A stretch of 64,000 nt of DNA from Nitrosotalea sp. (GTDB lineage: Archaea; Halobacteriota; Syntropharchaeia; Alkanophagales; Methanospirareceae): positions 17,015-81,014 of the forward strand of contig DYFG01000001.1 of assembly GCA_020725315.1 (NCBI GenBank), given 5' to 3'. The notes beneath the pieces are model-generated. The model worked only from the letters and a program-made list of their open reading frames with translations. It made no database searches and had not been told where the DNA came from. Positions 37,737-46,620 of this stretch are shown in pieces. How positions within the stretch are numbered: the first letter of the stretch is position 1; every line of letters starts with the position of its first letter. The position numbers were made by a program, and so were the translations under genes.

Positions 37737-40476
37737 TTATGTATTTCTCCCCCAACTCAGGGAATTTCTGCCGGACTATTTGTGAGAAGGTTTCCAACTC
37801 AATTTCACCCTTTGCTAACATCTGTAGTAAATCTTCCTTCTCAAATTCCCGATTGTCTAATTCCAATTCCATACATTTGTAAGCAGCCATCGACAAAGCA
37901 ACTGCCGCGTCAATCTTGGCTTCTGGTGACAGCTTTTCTAGGCGTCTTTGCCGTCCCGAAATTACTGCCCCGGCTTGCCGAATATGCTGATATAGCGTAT
38001 CTTCTTCTCTCCCAGGACCCCCCACATCCCCGATTGTAGTGGTTCGATTCCAAGTCAGTTGTCGGTGCATCACCATGTCATAAAGCTGTTTGTCAGCAAT
38101 ACCTCGCGCCGTATTTTGAGTGAAAGGATCGAACCAACCAAACCCATCCTTACGATAGTCTTGAACAAGTTTTGCCATCTGGTACGGATCATAAACCCAA
38201 CATATAACATTCCATCGGGAAGCCCATTCACGAATGGTATTACCAACTGTCTGTTCTTGGTCTATGTTACCACCTAACTTTTTAGGATTAAAAATCTTTA
38301 CAGCCCGAACCGCAACACAAGTATCAGGGTTGATTGGATCGCGAGTTACAGCAACCATCGCCGCTAAGTCATTTGATACACTCATATCTATTGCAACCAC
38401 AACAGGAGTCTTATCTCCCTGCTTAAGAACGGGCAAAGAAGGACTTTCACAATTATCCCACCATTGAGCCTCGATAAACGCACCCTTCGCACTCACCCAA
38501 CGATTACGATGGATACGTTCAAACTCCTCTGGTTCTAAGGTATTTTTCTGTTCTTCATAGTAATTAGTACCTAATTGCCAGGGCATCCGAGGTTCGGTGT
38601 CCCAATACATAAACATACGAGAAGGCGCATGAGTATAAACCACTGGACCTTCTTCAGTATCAAGATAGGAAAAATCTGGATGGGGAGTTCCTTCTTTCTT
38701 TCCTGTGTTATAAAGAGATTCTAAAAGAATGGACACTCCGGTATATCCTGCATAGGATTCAACCCACTGCATTGCATATCCGTACAAAGTGGGCGGAACC
38801 GTAAGTTCTGTCCATAGCTGGCGTTTCTTAGGTGTATCAAATCCCCACAACTCACTGTTGCCCTGGATATGTACTTTTCCGTGTCGTCTAACTACTACAG
38901 TTTTGTTAGGTACTGTAGGACAGTGGATAATCCCTTCATAGTCTATCTTTTGCCAACGATCTTTTTTAATGTGAAGTATACGGCTCCCATCCCCCATTGG
39001 CTTAACACTAACTGAATATAAAGGCCTTCCCCATCGCCTATCTTGATAGGTAGTTACTGTTACATATCTGCCCCGCCTAGCATAAATTTCTAACAAATCG
39101 TCTCGCAATTTAGGAGAGTTTGTGCTATAAACAATATGCCCGTATTGAGTTACAGCATCACCAGTCTTGTATCCATCCCCACGCCAATAAGACTCTAATA
39201 ACACGTCTAAATATTCATCTGGAAGTTCTTTAATCCATGCCGGTATATACTTTTCGTGTGCCAGCCCAAATTGCTTTAAATGTTTCGCTATACGAGTATC
39301 ATAAAACACTAAAGCATCTGTACCCTTCCACACACGCGGAACATATCCGAGATCGGAGATTAGCGTTTTCAATTCTTCGTAATAAGGAGATACACTGCTC
39401 TGTGCTAACAACACGGTATCGCCCTTATGGGTACATCCCTCAGACAAATACCACCCCAAAAACTTAAGGTACAGTTTTACAGGAATCTCAAGACTCGGCC
39501 TACGCTTAGTGCCTGGAATAGTCACAAATTCTGGTACATCTACTGGTTTCCTTTTTAGTCCCAAAGATTCTACTCGCATACCATACACCCCGGCTTCTAT
39601 GGCGGATTCTACGGAGCGCTTTTCAAATTGGGCTTTATTAAGGGCTATAGAACTAGAACCAAATTTACCATACAGCCTATGATTAGGAGACACGCACAAA
39701 CTGTATCTGCTAGATTCTAATAGATACATAGGGCCTCCATACTGTGAGACATTTATATGAGTGGGATGTTGGTACTCTAGATACCCATCCGAACGTAAAG
39801 TTAAAAACTGATCATCCATAGAATATTGATCATAGCGTTTCCACCCATCCCTAGTAAGTATCTCTGTGTCTTCGTCAAAACAAAAGACACTTAGCGTAGG
39901 TTCACCACCAGCCTCACCTGCCGCGTCAACCGGAACAGCCTCAATCTTACAAAAATTAGGAAGGGTAACCTCGTATTCATACGGGTTTATATCCTTAAAG
40001 GGGCCTTGTTGCTGTCTATGGAGTCTATAATTTTGTTTTATAGGCGCATAGATACGGTCGTTCGCCTGTTTACCATCGTTTGCTACACACGCAATAAACC
40101 CATAAGGACTATGATGAGCCACATAAGTAGCTACTGCCGCAGCAACCGCAGACTTTCCGCTTTTCTTTGGGGCACTATAAACTACCAAAGCATACTTAAA
40201 TGTCCCATCAGGATTCCGTGATAGGGCTTCATTAATCAAATGCTTTTGGTGATCGGTTAATTGAATCGGGCCAGCGGGAAGTATTTCGCCAGTCTTAGGG
40301 TTTCGAGGTCGAGGTACCCAAAAATATCGTTCAATCCAATCAGCCGGAAGAATTGCTTCCTGATTCTGTTCTTGCACTAAGTTGCGTGACAACTGCCGTA
40401 GTGCCTGATCCAGCAGCGTCTTCGAGTCGCCTTGAGATGTAATCGACAACTGCTTCCCTAACGTGTGCATCATCAA
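37723..40476 (-). CDS. terminase large subunit interrupted by an intein at the Walker B region
   Basis: Walker A VVYSAPKKSGKSAVAAAV. The intein starts at C199 (TLSVF then CFDEDTEILTRDGW). 917 aa including a roughly 342-aa intein. Lies upstream of portal. Confidence 0.8.
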   Translation of the reverse strand: MMMHTLGKQLSITSQGDSKTLLDQALRQLSRNLVQEQNQEAILPADWIERYFWVPRPRNPKTGEILPAGPIQLTDHQKHLINEALSRNPDGTFKYALVVYSAPKKSGKSAVAAAVATYVAHHSPYGFIACVANDGKQANDRIYAPIKQNYRLHRQQQGPFKDINPYEYEVTLPNFCKIEAVPVDAAGEAGGEPTLSVFCFDEDTEILTRDGWKRYDQYSMDDQFLTLRSDGYLEYQHPTHINVSQYGGPMYLLESSRYSLCVSPNHRLYGKFGSSSIALNKAQFEKRSVESAIEAGVYGMRVESLGLKRKPVDVPEFVTIPGTKRRPSLEIPVKLYLKFLGWYLSEGCTHKGDTVLLAQSSVSPYYEELKTLISDLGYVPRVWKGTDALVFYDTRIAKHLKQFGLAHEKYIPAWIKELPDEYLDVLLESYWRGDGYKTGDAVTQYGHIVYSTNSPKLRDDLLEIYARRGRYVTVTTYQDRRWGRPLYSVSVKPMGDGSRILHIKKDRWQKIDYEGIIHCPTVPNKTVVVRRHGKVHIQGNSELWGFDTPKKRQLWTELTVPPTLYGYAMQWVESYAGYTGVSILLESLYNTGKKEGTPHPDFSYLDTEEGPVVYTHAPSRMFMYWDTEPRMPWQLGTNYYEEQKNTLEPEEFERIHRNRWVSAKGAFIEAQWWDNCESPSLPVLKQGDKTPVVVAIDMSVSNDLAAMVAVTRDPINPDTCVAVRAVKIFNPKKLGGNIDQEQTVGNTIREWASRWNVICWVYDPYQMAKLVQDYRKDGFGWFDPFTQNTARGIADKQLYDMVMHRQLTWNRTTTIGDVGGPGREEDTLYQHIRQAGAVISGRQRRLEKLSPEAKIDAAVALSMAAYKCMELELDNREFEKEDLLQMLAKGEIELETFSQIVRQKFPELGEKYINGSR
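38857..39882 (-). mobile_element. intein in the terminase large subunit gene (homing-endonuclease-like insert; non-canonical C-terminal GN-S junction inferred)
   Basis: Block A CFDEDTEILT. Candidate end VHIQGN then Ser. Internal LKFLGWYLSEG and WRGDGYKTGD motifs. The exact C-terminal boundary is uncertain. Confidence 0.45.
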
Positions 40477-41143
40477 TGTACCTTTCCGTAGCCTCTTTCA
40501 ATGCCCGTTGAACAACTGAAATAAGATACATCACCTGTTCCATCGTGATCATCAATTTCAGTTCTTTCATTACCTTCACTTGTGTAGAGGCTATTGTTTG
40601 TTGTGATCCTGCTAGACTTACAATCTCTTGCCAGATTTCTTTTTCTGCATCGCTATGTTTCAAAGCCTCACTAATAAGGGATTCTGCTTCTAGCAAATTC
40701 CCACGCATAAGTTCATGGTAAGCCTCGCTAACCATCCCCCAAGCTTCCTGCCTGCCAGGATGTTCTGAAAGTCTCTCCAACAACTCCCATTTACGAGCTT
40801 CTAACAAATAAATATCAGAGCTACGATCTAGATAGCTGGGGTTATCAAGAACCACCTCTAGCTTTTCCCGTAAATTAATAGGAACAAGTTCCATCACATC
40901 TCTAGGAACACGTCTTGGAGACTGCCCACCATGATACTTACAAACAAAATTCCCAGGCTCAGCAGGTTTACCACATTGTGCTTCAGGCCAAAAATCTTCT
41001 GCCGGGGAGTCCCAATCCCCCCGCTCTTCTCGCAGCTTGCGTAGACGAGTCTTAGAAACCCCCTGACAACGGATGGTTTTTCCATCCAACATAAACCTTA
41101 CGCCAGAACCCTCATTAAATCGTCGTTCACCAATTGTTGCCAT
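40340..41143 (-). CDS. putative terminase small subunit
   Basis: 267-aa ORF immediately upstream of, and overlapping, the large terminase gene. RBS AAGGAG 7 nt before the ATG. Synteny-based. Confidence 0.4.
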   Translation of the reverse strand: MATIGERRFNEGSGVRFMLDGKTIRCQGVSKTRLRKLREERGDWDSPAEDFWPEAQCGKPAEPGNFVCKYHGGQSPRRVPRDVMELVPINLREKLEVVLDNPSYLDRSSDIYLLEARKWELLERLSEHPGRQEAWGMVSEAYHELMRGNLLEAESLISEALKHSDAEKEIWQEIVSLAGSQQTIASTQVKVMKELKLMITMEQVMYLISVVQRALKEATERYIDDAHVREAVVDYISRRLEDAAGSGTTAVVTQLSARTESGSNSSG

Positions 41144-41185
41144 ATTAATCTCCTTCGTAAACCATATTACTATGATATGTAAGAA

Positions 41186-41222
41186 TCAAAAAACCCCCAT
41201 GAAGAAATTTTCATGGGGTTTC
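41186..41222 (-). terminator. rho-independent terminator (read on the minus strand) between the upstream 356-aa gene and terS
   Basis: Hairpin AAACCCCCATGAA/TTCATGGGGTTT at 41191-41221. On the minus strand it is followed by TTTTTT, the complement of the A-run at 41188-41193. Confidence 0.55.
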
Positions 41223-41460
41223 TACATTTTTCATTTCTGTTGTGCAGTAATAATAGCAACAAATAAAGTGTTTATCGCTTCCTGTAATCTCGGTAGAGGA
41301 ATCTCTGTATGAGTCTTTGTATTTAACCACTCTACTATGTCAGAAAACGAATCTAGTACCTGCTGTTGCTCTGCACGCTCCGCCAAAAGCGGATCAAGAT
41401 ACGACAGCATTACACCCTTCCTAAAATCTTACGTGATACCTATAATGTCATTAGCGCAAT

Positions 41461-41490
41461 AGATTCTAGGTAGAGACATTCCTAGAATCT
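41461..41490. repeat. perfect 10-bp inverted repeat AGATTCTAGG-N10-CCTAGAATCT in the noncoding stretch upstream of terS
   Basis: Seen directly in the sequence. Candidate operator, or a pac/cos-associated site. Confidence 0.4.
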
Positions 41491-41544
41491 ATGTTTTTTC
41501 TTCTCTATTATTACCCCACCAACAGGGCAGGGGGGTAGCAGACT

Positions 41545-42615
41545 TTACAAACCATTCAACAACCAATGTCTAGCATGGTTAATATTACGAGTCGCATAGA
41601 CCTGATGATTATTTGGATCGAAAACTAAGATAGGCCACTCAAAGACTCCGACACTCCAATTTTTGATCGTATAGGGATCAGGACCAGTCTTAGCAGTTCC
41701 AACCTGTATTTTCCAAACAAACGGCGATGGACGATTGCCTGCTTCTACTTCCCACACATAATGAGTATCTTCCGCAAAGCCGTAAGTGTGCTTGTCTCCC
41801 TGCACTATTACGTCAGCCATCGGAAAATTAAACAGCAGGGCGCGGGTATGTGGGTGCATCTTATTGTAGATAGAACTACCAGGAAACTCATGCGCCATAG
41901 CTATCTGATAGGTCTGAGAACCTACATGAAGCTTTACATAAGCTTGACCATCAAAGAAGGGAACATCATGCTCTAGGTAGATTCGCTTAACAGGGTTGAC
42001 CCCTGTCTTTCGACTATCCCAATCCCCGCCATGCTGAGAAGCTACGCCCCACAAAAGTTTTTGCTTAGAAGCTAGCCGATCCAACATCCCCGTTAGCAAC
42101 TGCCACTGTTCGGGAAGAGTATAGATCATCTCCATCGAAGCACGTTTATCAAAGAAGTCAGGACGAAATCCCTCTATATCATCCCCCAACGGCCCCCAAA
42201 ACAAGTTGGGAGTATCAAGAACCTGATCCATCAAGGCACGTATTTGTTTGTAGTAGGTATATCGACCGCCCAAATGGGCACAGGAAGGAAACAGGATTCC
42301 TACTGGTTTGTCTGTTTGGAACGTAATTTCTTCGTGTGTCAGTATCGGATCAAGCGTATTAAAATACCTAGCATGTTCATCTGCCCGATCCAACAACTCC
42401 TCGAATGTATAGATTTCCTCTGGACTTTCAATTTCCCTAAAATTTTTGTACTTAATTACTCTACCAGACGACTCTAGAACGCGGCCTTTCCATCTCCGCG
42501 CCGTTCGTGGGCTTGGAGCTAAACCTTTATTAAACAAACTTGTACCGGATACTTCTGGATTTCGTTTTACATATTCGATAAATGTATCTGGAATGTGCTG
42601 CATCATTAGCTCCAA
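41545..42615 (-). CDS. hypothetical protein, weak calcineurin-like metallophosphoesterase motif order
   Basis: 356 aa. Ordered motifs SCAHLGG ... GPLGDDIEG ... AMAHEF ... QGDKHTYG loosely resemble DxH / GDxxD / GNHE / GHxH. Weak. Confidence 0.3.
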   Translation of the reverse strand: MELMMQHIPDTFIEYVKRNPEVSGTSLFNKGLAPSPRTARRWKGRVLESSGRVIKYKNFREIESPEEIYTFEELLDRADEHARYFNTLDPILTHEEITFQTDKPVGILFPSCAHLGGRYTYYKQIRALMDQVLDTPNLFWGPLGDDIEGFRPDFFDKRASMEMIYTLPEQWQLLTGMLDRLASKQKLLWGVASQHGGDWDSRKTGVNPVKRIYLEHDVPFFDGQAYVKLHVGSQTYQIAMAHEFPGSSIYNKMHPHTRALLFNFPMADVIVQGDKHTYGFAEDTHYVWEVEAGNRPSPFVWKIQVGTAKTGPDPYTIKNWSVGVFEWPILVFDPNNHQVYATRNINHARHWLLNGL

Positions 42616-42645
42616 TTAAAGGGCAGGTTTCGCCCTGCCCTGCCA

Positions 42646-43095
42646 CTATAGGTTTTTATTATCCAGACGTTCCCTAACGACCCGCGAGACTTCCCTACGA
42701 ACTACAGCATCAACCACATCAACATCAACCTCTGGCTTTGTAGGAATTACTTCCTGATAACGGGTTCCGCTCGGTGGTCGTTCAGTCCATGAGTCGATGA
42801 CTTTCATTGCAACTAGCAACGAGATGATCCAAGGGACCAGCGTTTCCATCAAAAGCGCAATAGCAGCACCATCATCACCAGCAAGCTCACGGATACGAGC
42901 AAGAGTTTCCTCTTCTACTCCAAACACGCCTAGCAAAGACAAGATCACCACCGATGCCCCCGCCCAAAAGCGACGGTCAATCAAAACAGACCCTAGTTTG
43001 TTAATAAAAATCGTCAAACGTTCTTTCGTACTCATTTCTCTACTCCAAAGCTCTGTACAATAATCGAAAATCGTTCTAGTTGATCCATTAACCAA
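42646..43095 (-). CDS. membrane protein (2 TM), possible holin-like
   Basis: 149 aa with WAGASVVILSLLGVFGV and PWIISLLVAMKVI. The holin suggestion is speculative. Confidence 0.3.
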   Translation of the reverse strand: MVNGSTRTIFDYCTELWSREMSTKERLTIFINKLGSVLIDRRFWAGASVVILSLLGVFGVEEETLARIRELAGDDGAAIALLMETLVPWIISLLVAMKVIDSWTERPPSGTRYQEVIPTKPEVDVDVVDAVVRREVSRVVRERLDNKNL

Positions 43096-43448
43096 TGCAC
43101 CGCATCAGACTTTTGGTCAAAGCTTTCTTCTTCGTAGTGCATCACATACTGGTATATCCCTGCTATAGAATACTGCCCATAGTAACTCCCCTGAACACCT
43201 TCCTCTTCAAGCAGCGCATCTAGTACAGATGATTCTACAGCAAACCTCTCGCTAGATAAAAACGAGCCTGAAGGCGGAGACTTGTCCGGCTCAATGTAGT
43301 ACAAACCCCCATCCGGCAAAGTTTTAGGATTCTGCCATACTAATTCAGCAGAAGTATTATTAATCACATACGCAAGTTGTTCTTCAAAATTCATAAGGCT
43401 GATGCCTCTTCTTTTTCTATCAAAATTGTCGTGTGACATATCCTGCAC
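43032..43448 (-). CDS. hypothetical protein
   Basis: 138-aa ORF adjacent to the IS insertion. Confidence 0.3.
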   Translation of the reverse strand: MQDMSHDNFDRKRRGISLMNFEEQLAYVINNTSAELVWQNPKTLPDGGLYYIEPDKSPPSGSFLSSERFAVESSVLDALLEEEGVQGSYYGQYSIAGIYQYVMHYEEESFDQKSDAVHWLMDQLERFSIIVQSFGVEK

Positions 43449-44780
43449 GGTGACTGCTCCCCACGGCTAAAGCCGGGGGCTTCTAGGACCGGAGTCCAGG
43501 CTCGCCAGCCCGCGAGCCAAAATGTTCAGAGATGCATTGAGATCGCGGTCCAGTTTCAGGCCGCAGTAAGGACAGTCGTGGACACGCACACTCAAGTCTT
43601 TCGGAACCACCGCGCCGCAGCCGGAGCATTCTTGCGTTGTGCCTCTGGGGTTAACGCGCAGCACAGCACGACCGGCACTTTCAGCCTTGTACGTGGTGAA
43701 CTGCACGAACTGGCCCCAGGCCACGTCCGCGATATTCCGGTTGACAACCCGGTTTCCGTTGGACTGCATGTCCGCGATGTCCAACTTCTCAAAGACGATC
43801 AGGCCGAAGCGGTTGACGAGCTTGCGGCTCTCCTGGTGCGCGAAGTCGGCGCGCCGGTTGGTGGCGCGCTGGTAGGCATGGTTGAGCGCGCGCAGCACCT
43901 TGCGGCGCTCCGGCGAGCCTTTAGCGAACTGTTCTTTCTTGCGCTGCAAGCGGGCGATGTCCGCCGCATCGCGTTTCATCCAGCACTGGCGCGGGATACT
44001 GTCGCCGGTACTCAGCATGGCGAACGTCTTCAGGCCGAGATCCACGCCCACCACTTCAGGCGACGGGGGCAGAGGCGCGGCGTCTACTTCGCACGAAAAG
44101 CAGGCGTACCAGTTGCCTACGCTATCGCGCCGGATGATGACTGTTTTGGGTGTGCCTTCCAGGGGGCGATGCAGCTTGATTTTCACGGCTCCGATTTTCG
44201 AGAGCGTGAGCCGGTTACCGTCCAACTTCACCCCATTACCACACTGCGGATAGGTGAAACTGTCGTACCAGCCACGTCCCTTGAAGCGCGGGTAGCCGGG
44301 CTTCTCACCTGCCTTGACGCGGCGAAAGAATGCCTGGAACGCCAGATCGACGCGTGTGCACGCTTCTTGAAGCGACTGCGAAAAGGCGTTATTGAGAAAT
44401 GGCTGCTCGGCTTTCCAGCCGGGGATCAGCTTAATCGTATCGAAGCGCGTCAGCGTTTCGCGGTTAATGTCCCAGGCATCGCGGCGCACTTCAAGCGTCG
44501 TGTTGTAAACCCACCGACAAGCATCCAATGCGCGCAGCAAGGCGGTGCGTTGGGCAGAAGTAGGAAAGAGGCGGTACTTGTAGGTCAATCGCATAGCCCG
44601 ATTATACCATTTATGCTACAGGTTCACAAACATATGGCGCACCTTATATCCCCCTGCCTTCAGGCAGAGGTTTTACGGCGCTTTTCCGATAAAGCTGAGT
44701 TCTCCCCAGGAGCATCATCACAACACGCCCAACAGGAAGCCCCACACACCGGACACTCTTCTACCACATCACAACTCAAC
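43440..44780 (-). mobile_element. IS200/IS605-family insertion carrying only tnpB (IS1341-like), GC-rich
   Basis: GC is about 60% or more against a roughly 45% backbone. Right-end hairpin near 43455-43480 (GGCTAAAGCCGGGGGCTTC). Left-end-side hairpin CCTGCCTTCAGGCAGAGG near 44655. Confidence 0.65.
43467..44594 (-). CDS. tnpB: TnpB (OrfB_IS605) RNA-guided endonuclease-family transposase accessory protein
   Basis: N-terminus MRLTYKYRLFPTSAQRTALLRALDACRWVYN. C-terminal zinc finger CSGCGAVVPKD...CPYCGLKLDRDLNASLNI. Confidence 0.9.
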   Translation of the reverse strand: MRLTYKYRLFPTSAQRTALLRALDACRWVYNTTLEVRRDAWDINRETLTRFDTIKLIPGWKAEQPFLNNAFSQSLQEACTRVDLAFQAFFRRVKAGEKPGYPRFKGRGWYDSFTYPQCGNGVKLDGNRLTLSKIGAVKIKLHRPLEGTPKTVIIRRDSVGNWYACFSCEVDAAPLPPSPEVVGVDLGLKTFAMLSTGDSIPRQCWMKRDAADIARLQRKKEQFAKGSPERRKVLRALNHAYQRATNRRADFAHQESRKLVNRFGLIVFEKLDIADMQSNGNRVVNRNIADVAWGQFVQFTTYKAESAGRAVLRVNPRGTTQECSGCGAVVPKDLSVRVHDCPYCGLKLDRDLNASLNILARGLASLDSGPRSPRL

Positions 44781-45185
44781 ACTAACATTAATATTCCCTA
44801 GATAATTTCGATTGTACATATCCTGCAACAACCGCATACCAAAATACATTACCGCAAGTCTTGATAGAGTCAAATCTACCAAAACCTCGTTATTCACGTC
44901 CATAAGAATGACATTGAACGTCTCCAACGAGTTGTGCCAGATAACGAGACGGTTTAGCGCGTCTCCCTCCCGAACAACTGTTTTCCCCTCAACGTGCGCA
45001 AGTGCAGCAGCAATAATTTTGACAACGAACCCCAACAAGCGTTCAGGTTCAATGTACAGCGTCTTTTCTAGCTTTCCTTCTGGCACCAGATACAGATGCA
45101 ACCCGCCCATATTAGGATCAAACCGATACTGCAATGTGTCTGCAATTTTAGTTTTATTCTGTCTGCTAGCCGTAGTAACAATCAT
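44769..45185 (-). CDS. hypothetical early protein
   Basis: 138-aa ORF in the leftward early operon. Confidence 0.3.
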   Translation of the reverse strand: MIVTTASRQNKTKIADTLQYRFDPNMGGLHLYLVPEGKLEKTLYIEPERLLGFVVKIIAAALAHVEGKTVVREGDALNRLVIWHNSLETFNVILMDVNNEVLVDLTLSRLAVMYFGMRLLQDMYNRNYLGNINVSVEL

Positions 45186-45441
45186 TCTGATCCTCTGGTA
45201 GATAGTGATACACCTGGTTATTTTTAGCTACTAAAGCAAACGTCTTTGCCACGACCGGATCTTCATAGGCCATTTCATCAAACACATCTGCCAAAGTAGC
45301 AGACCATGACTCAATTGATTTTCCTACCCAACGAATCTGAAGAAACAGTCCAAACTGAAAAACCAGCATAGCAATCAACAAGCCTAGTTCCATTGCTGTC
45401 TCCTGTCTCTGCAAGGAAGGAGAGGTTCGCCAAACGCACAA
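45166..45441 (-). CDS. hypothetical protein with N-terminal hydrophobic segment
   Basis: 91-aa ORF. Confidence 0.25.
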   Translation of the reverse strand: MCVWRTSPSLQRQETAMELGLLIAMLVFQFGLFLQIRWVGKSIESWSATLADVFDEMAYEDPVVAKTFALVAKNNQVYHYLPEDQNDCYYG

Positions 45442-45492
45442 GCCATAAGGAGAACGGAAAAGGAAAGCGAACCTCTCACAAACACCAGTATA

Positions 45493-45783
45493 TCACGGAA
45501 TGAAATGTCTGTCAATACCAAACAACAAACCTAGATTTCCATTATACCACACTACCATAGCATCTGTTTCTTGCAAAAAGAAAGCCAGCCCCTCTAACGA
45601 TTCAATCTCTACAAACCAGCCTTCCCTTTCAGAATCATATTCTTCTACATCAAACCTCAAATCATCCAGCAGTTTGTAGTTATATCGTTTGGTTTGGTAT
45701 ACGTCCTTATAGGCCGGGGGAGCAGTACGCCGCTGGCTAGGATAGGGATAATCAATAGATCCTTCCAGAATAATAAATCTCAT
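45493..45783 (-). CDS. hypothetical protein
   Basis: 96-aa ORF. Confidence 0.3.
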   Translation of the reverse strand: MRFIILEGSIDYPYPSQRRTAPPAYKDVYQTKRYNYKLLDDLRFDVEEYDSEREGWFVEIESLEGLAFFLQETDAMVVWYNGNLGLLFGIDRHFIP

Positions 45784-46127
45784 TCAAGTCTCCTAATCTC
45801 GTCGTCAGGACAAACCATTGAAAAGAAACGTTCTTCCACCACCAAAAACTCACCGTAATTCAGTTTACGCCGATCTCCGTTAATCCAAACTTTTGAATTA
45901 CTTATCGAATAAGGAAACCCAAGAATTGTTCCATCCGTTTGAGTAGTCTGTCCATAAAGATGCAACGACCAACATTCCGACGCTAAGTCATTGTATGTGG
46001 CAGAGTTCATCACCACCACAATACCAGGATTCTCTACCAGCTTTCCCTGGCTTTCTATAAAGCGGGGAACGGCATGTCGGTTGAGATAGGTTTCTATACT
46101 ACTCAAAAAATCACTATAAAGACTCAT
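45780..46127 (-). CDS. hypothetical protein
   Basis: 115-aa ORF. Its start overlaps the upstream stop. Confidence 0.3.
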   Translation of the reverse strand: MSLYSDFLSSIETYLNRHAVPRFIESQGKLVENPGIVVVMNSATYNDLASECWSLHLYGQTTQTDGTILGFPYSISNSKVWINGDRRKLNYGEFLVVEERFFSMVCPDDEIRRLE

Positions 46128-46561
46128 ATTCCCAACACCTTCCCTAAAGACCCGCCCAAAACCTTTTGTAAAAGCGTATCTCTAGCGTCTGTGTATTGTT
46201 CTATTTCTTTCGTCTCTGCCGGAGATCGATCAACAGAAAAATCAAGATCAGAGATTTTAACGACAACTGCATGAGGGTTTTTTGATACCTGCTCAATATA
46301 TTCAAAATAAGATTGGTTAGGCTTTCTTGTTAGTGCAACTACCGCATCCACCACATCATCAGGGAACTCCTTACGCAACCGCTCTTCTGTAATGTCCGTT
46401 CTTTCTAAAATACCATGAAGCACCGCAATCGTAGACAGCTTTTCATTGTTCTTGATTGCTAGATTATTCATCACATCTATAGCATGAAGAATAAAGGGCC
46501 TTCCCCTCTCATCTTCATCACAATGATAAATAGCAGCGAACATAATGGCCCTAGCCAGCAT
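46124..46561 (-). CDS. HD-domain protein resembling RelA/SpoT-type small alarmone hydrolases (true start probably the third Met, MLARAIMF)
   Basis: GRPFILHAIDVMNNLA ... IAVLHGILERTDITEERLRKEFPDDVVDAVVALTR aligns with the RelA/SpoT HD region (H..a...LLHDvvEDT...FG..V..lV..vT). HG replaces HD here. The listed N-terminus overlaps the promoter. Confidence 0.35.
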   Translation of the reverse strand: MLARAIMFAAIYHCDEDERGRPFILHAIDVMNNLAIKNNEKLSTIAVLHGILERTDITEERLRKEFPDDVVDAVVALTRKPNQSYFEYIEQVSKNPHAVVVKISDLDFSVDRSPAETKEIEQYTDARDTLLQKVLGGSLGKVLGI

Positions 46562-46588
46562 CCGTTTTTCTCTCCACATAATATCTCC

Positions 46589-46617
46589 ATTATACTTGTA
46601 TCTGCCCACAAAGTCAA
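46589..46617 (-). promoter_or_regulatory. leftward consensus promoter, TTGACT-17 nt-TATAAT (minus strand), for the early leftward operon
   Basis: Minus-strand reading gives TTGACTttgtgggcagatacaagTATAAT. The plus-strand complement of TATAAT is at 46589-46594. It lies inside the first listed codons of ORF 46124..46621, which argues for a downstream start. Confidence 0.5.
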
Positions 46618-46620
46618 GCA

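Noticed and set aside
41545-43095. Considered calling 41545-42615 and 42646-43095 the endolysin/holin pair.
   Set aside because: No lysozyme, amidase or peptidase motifs were recognised. The membrane protein alone is insufficient. No confident lysis cassette was identified in this window.
43578-44801. 407-aa + strand ORF antisense to tnpB, plus 58468-59037 and 59149-59703 antisense to the second tnpB.
   Set aside because: Long antisense ORFs are expected by chance in regions with about 60% or more GC. The tnpB frames carry clear family motifs and the antisense frames do not.
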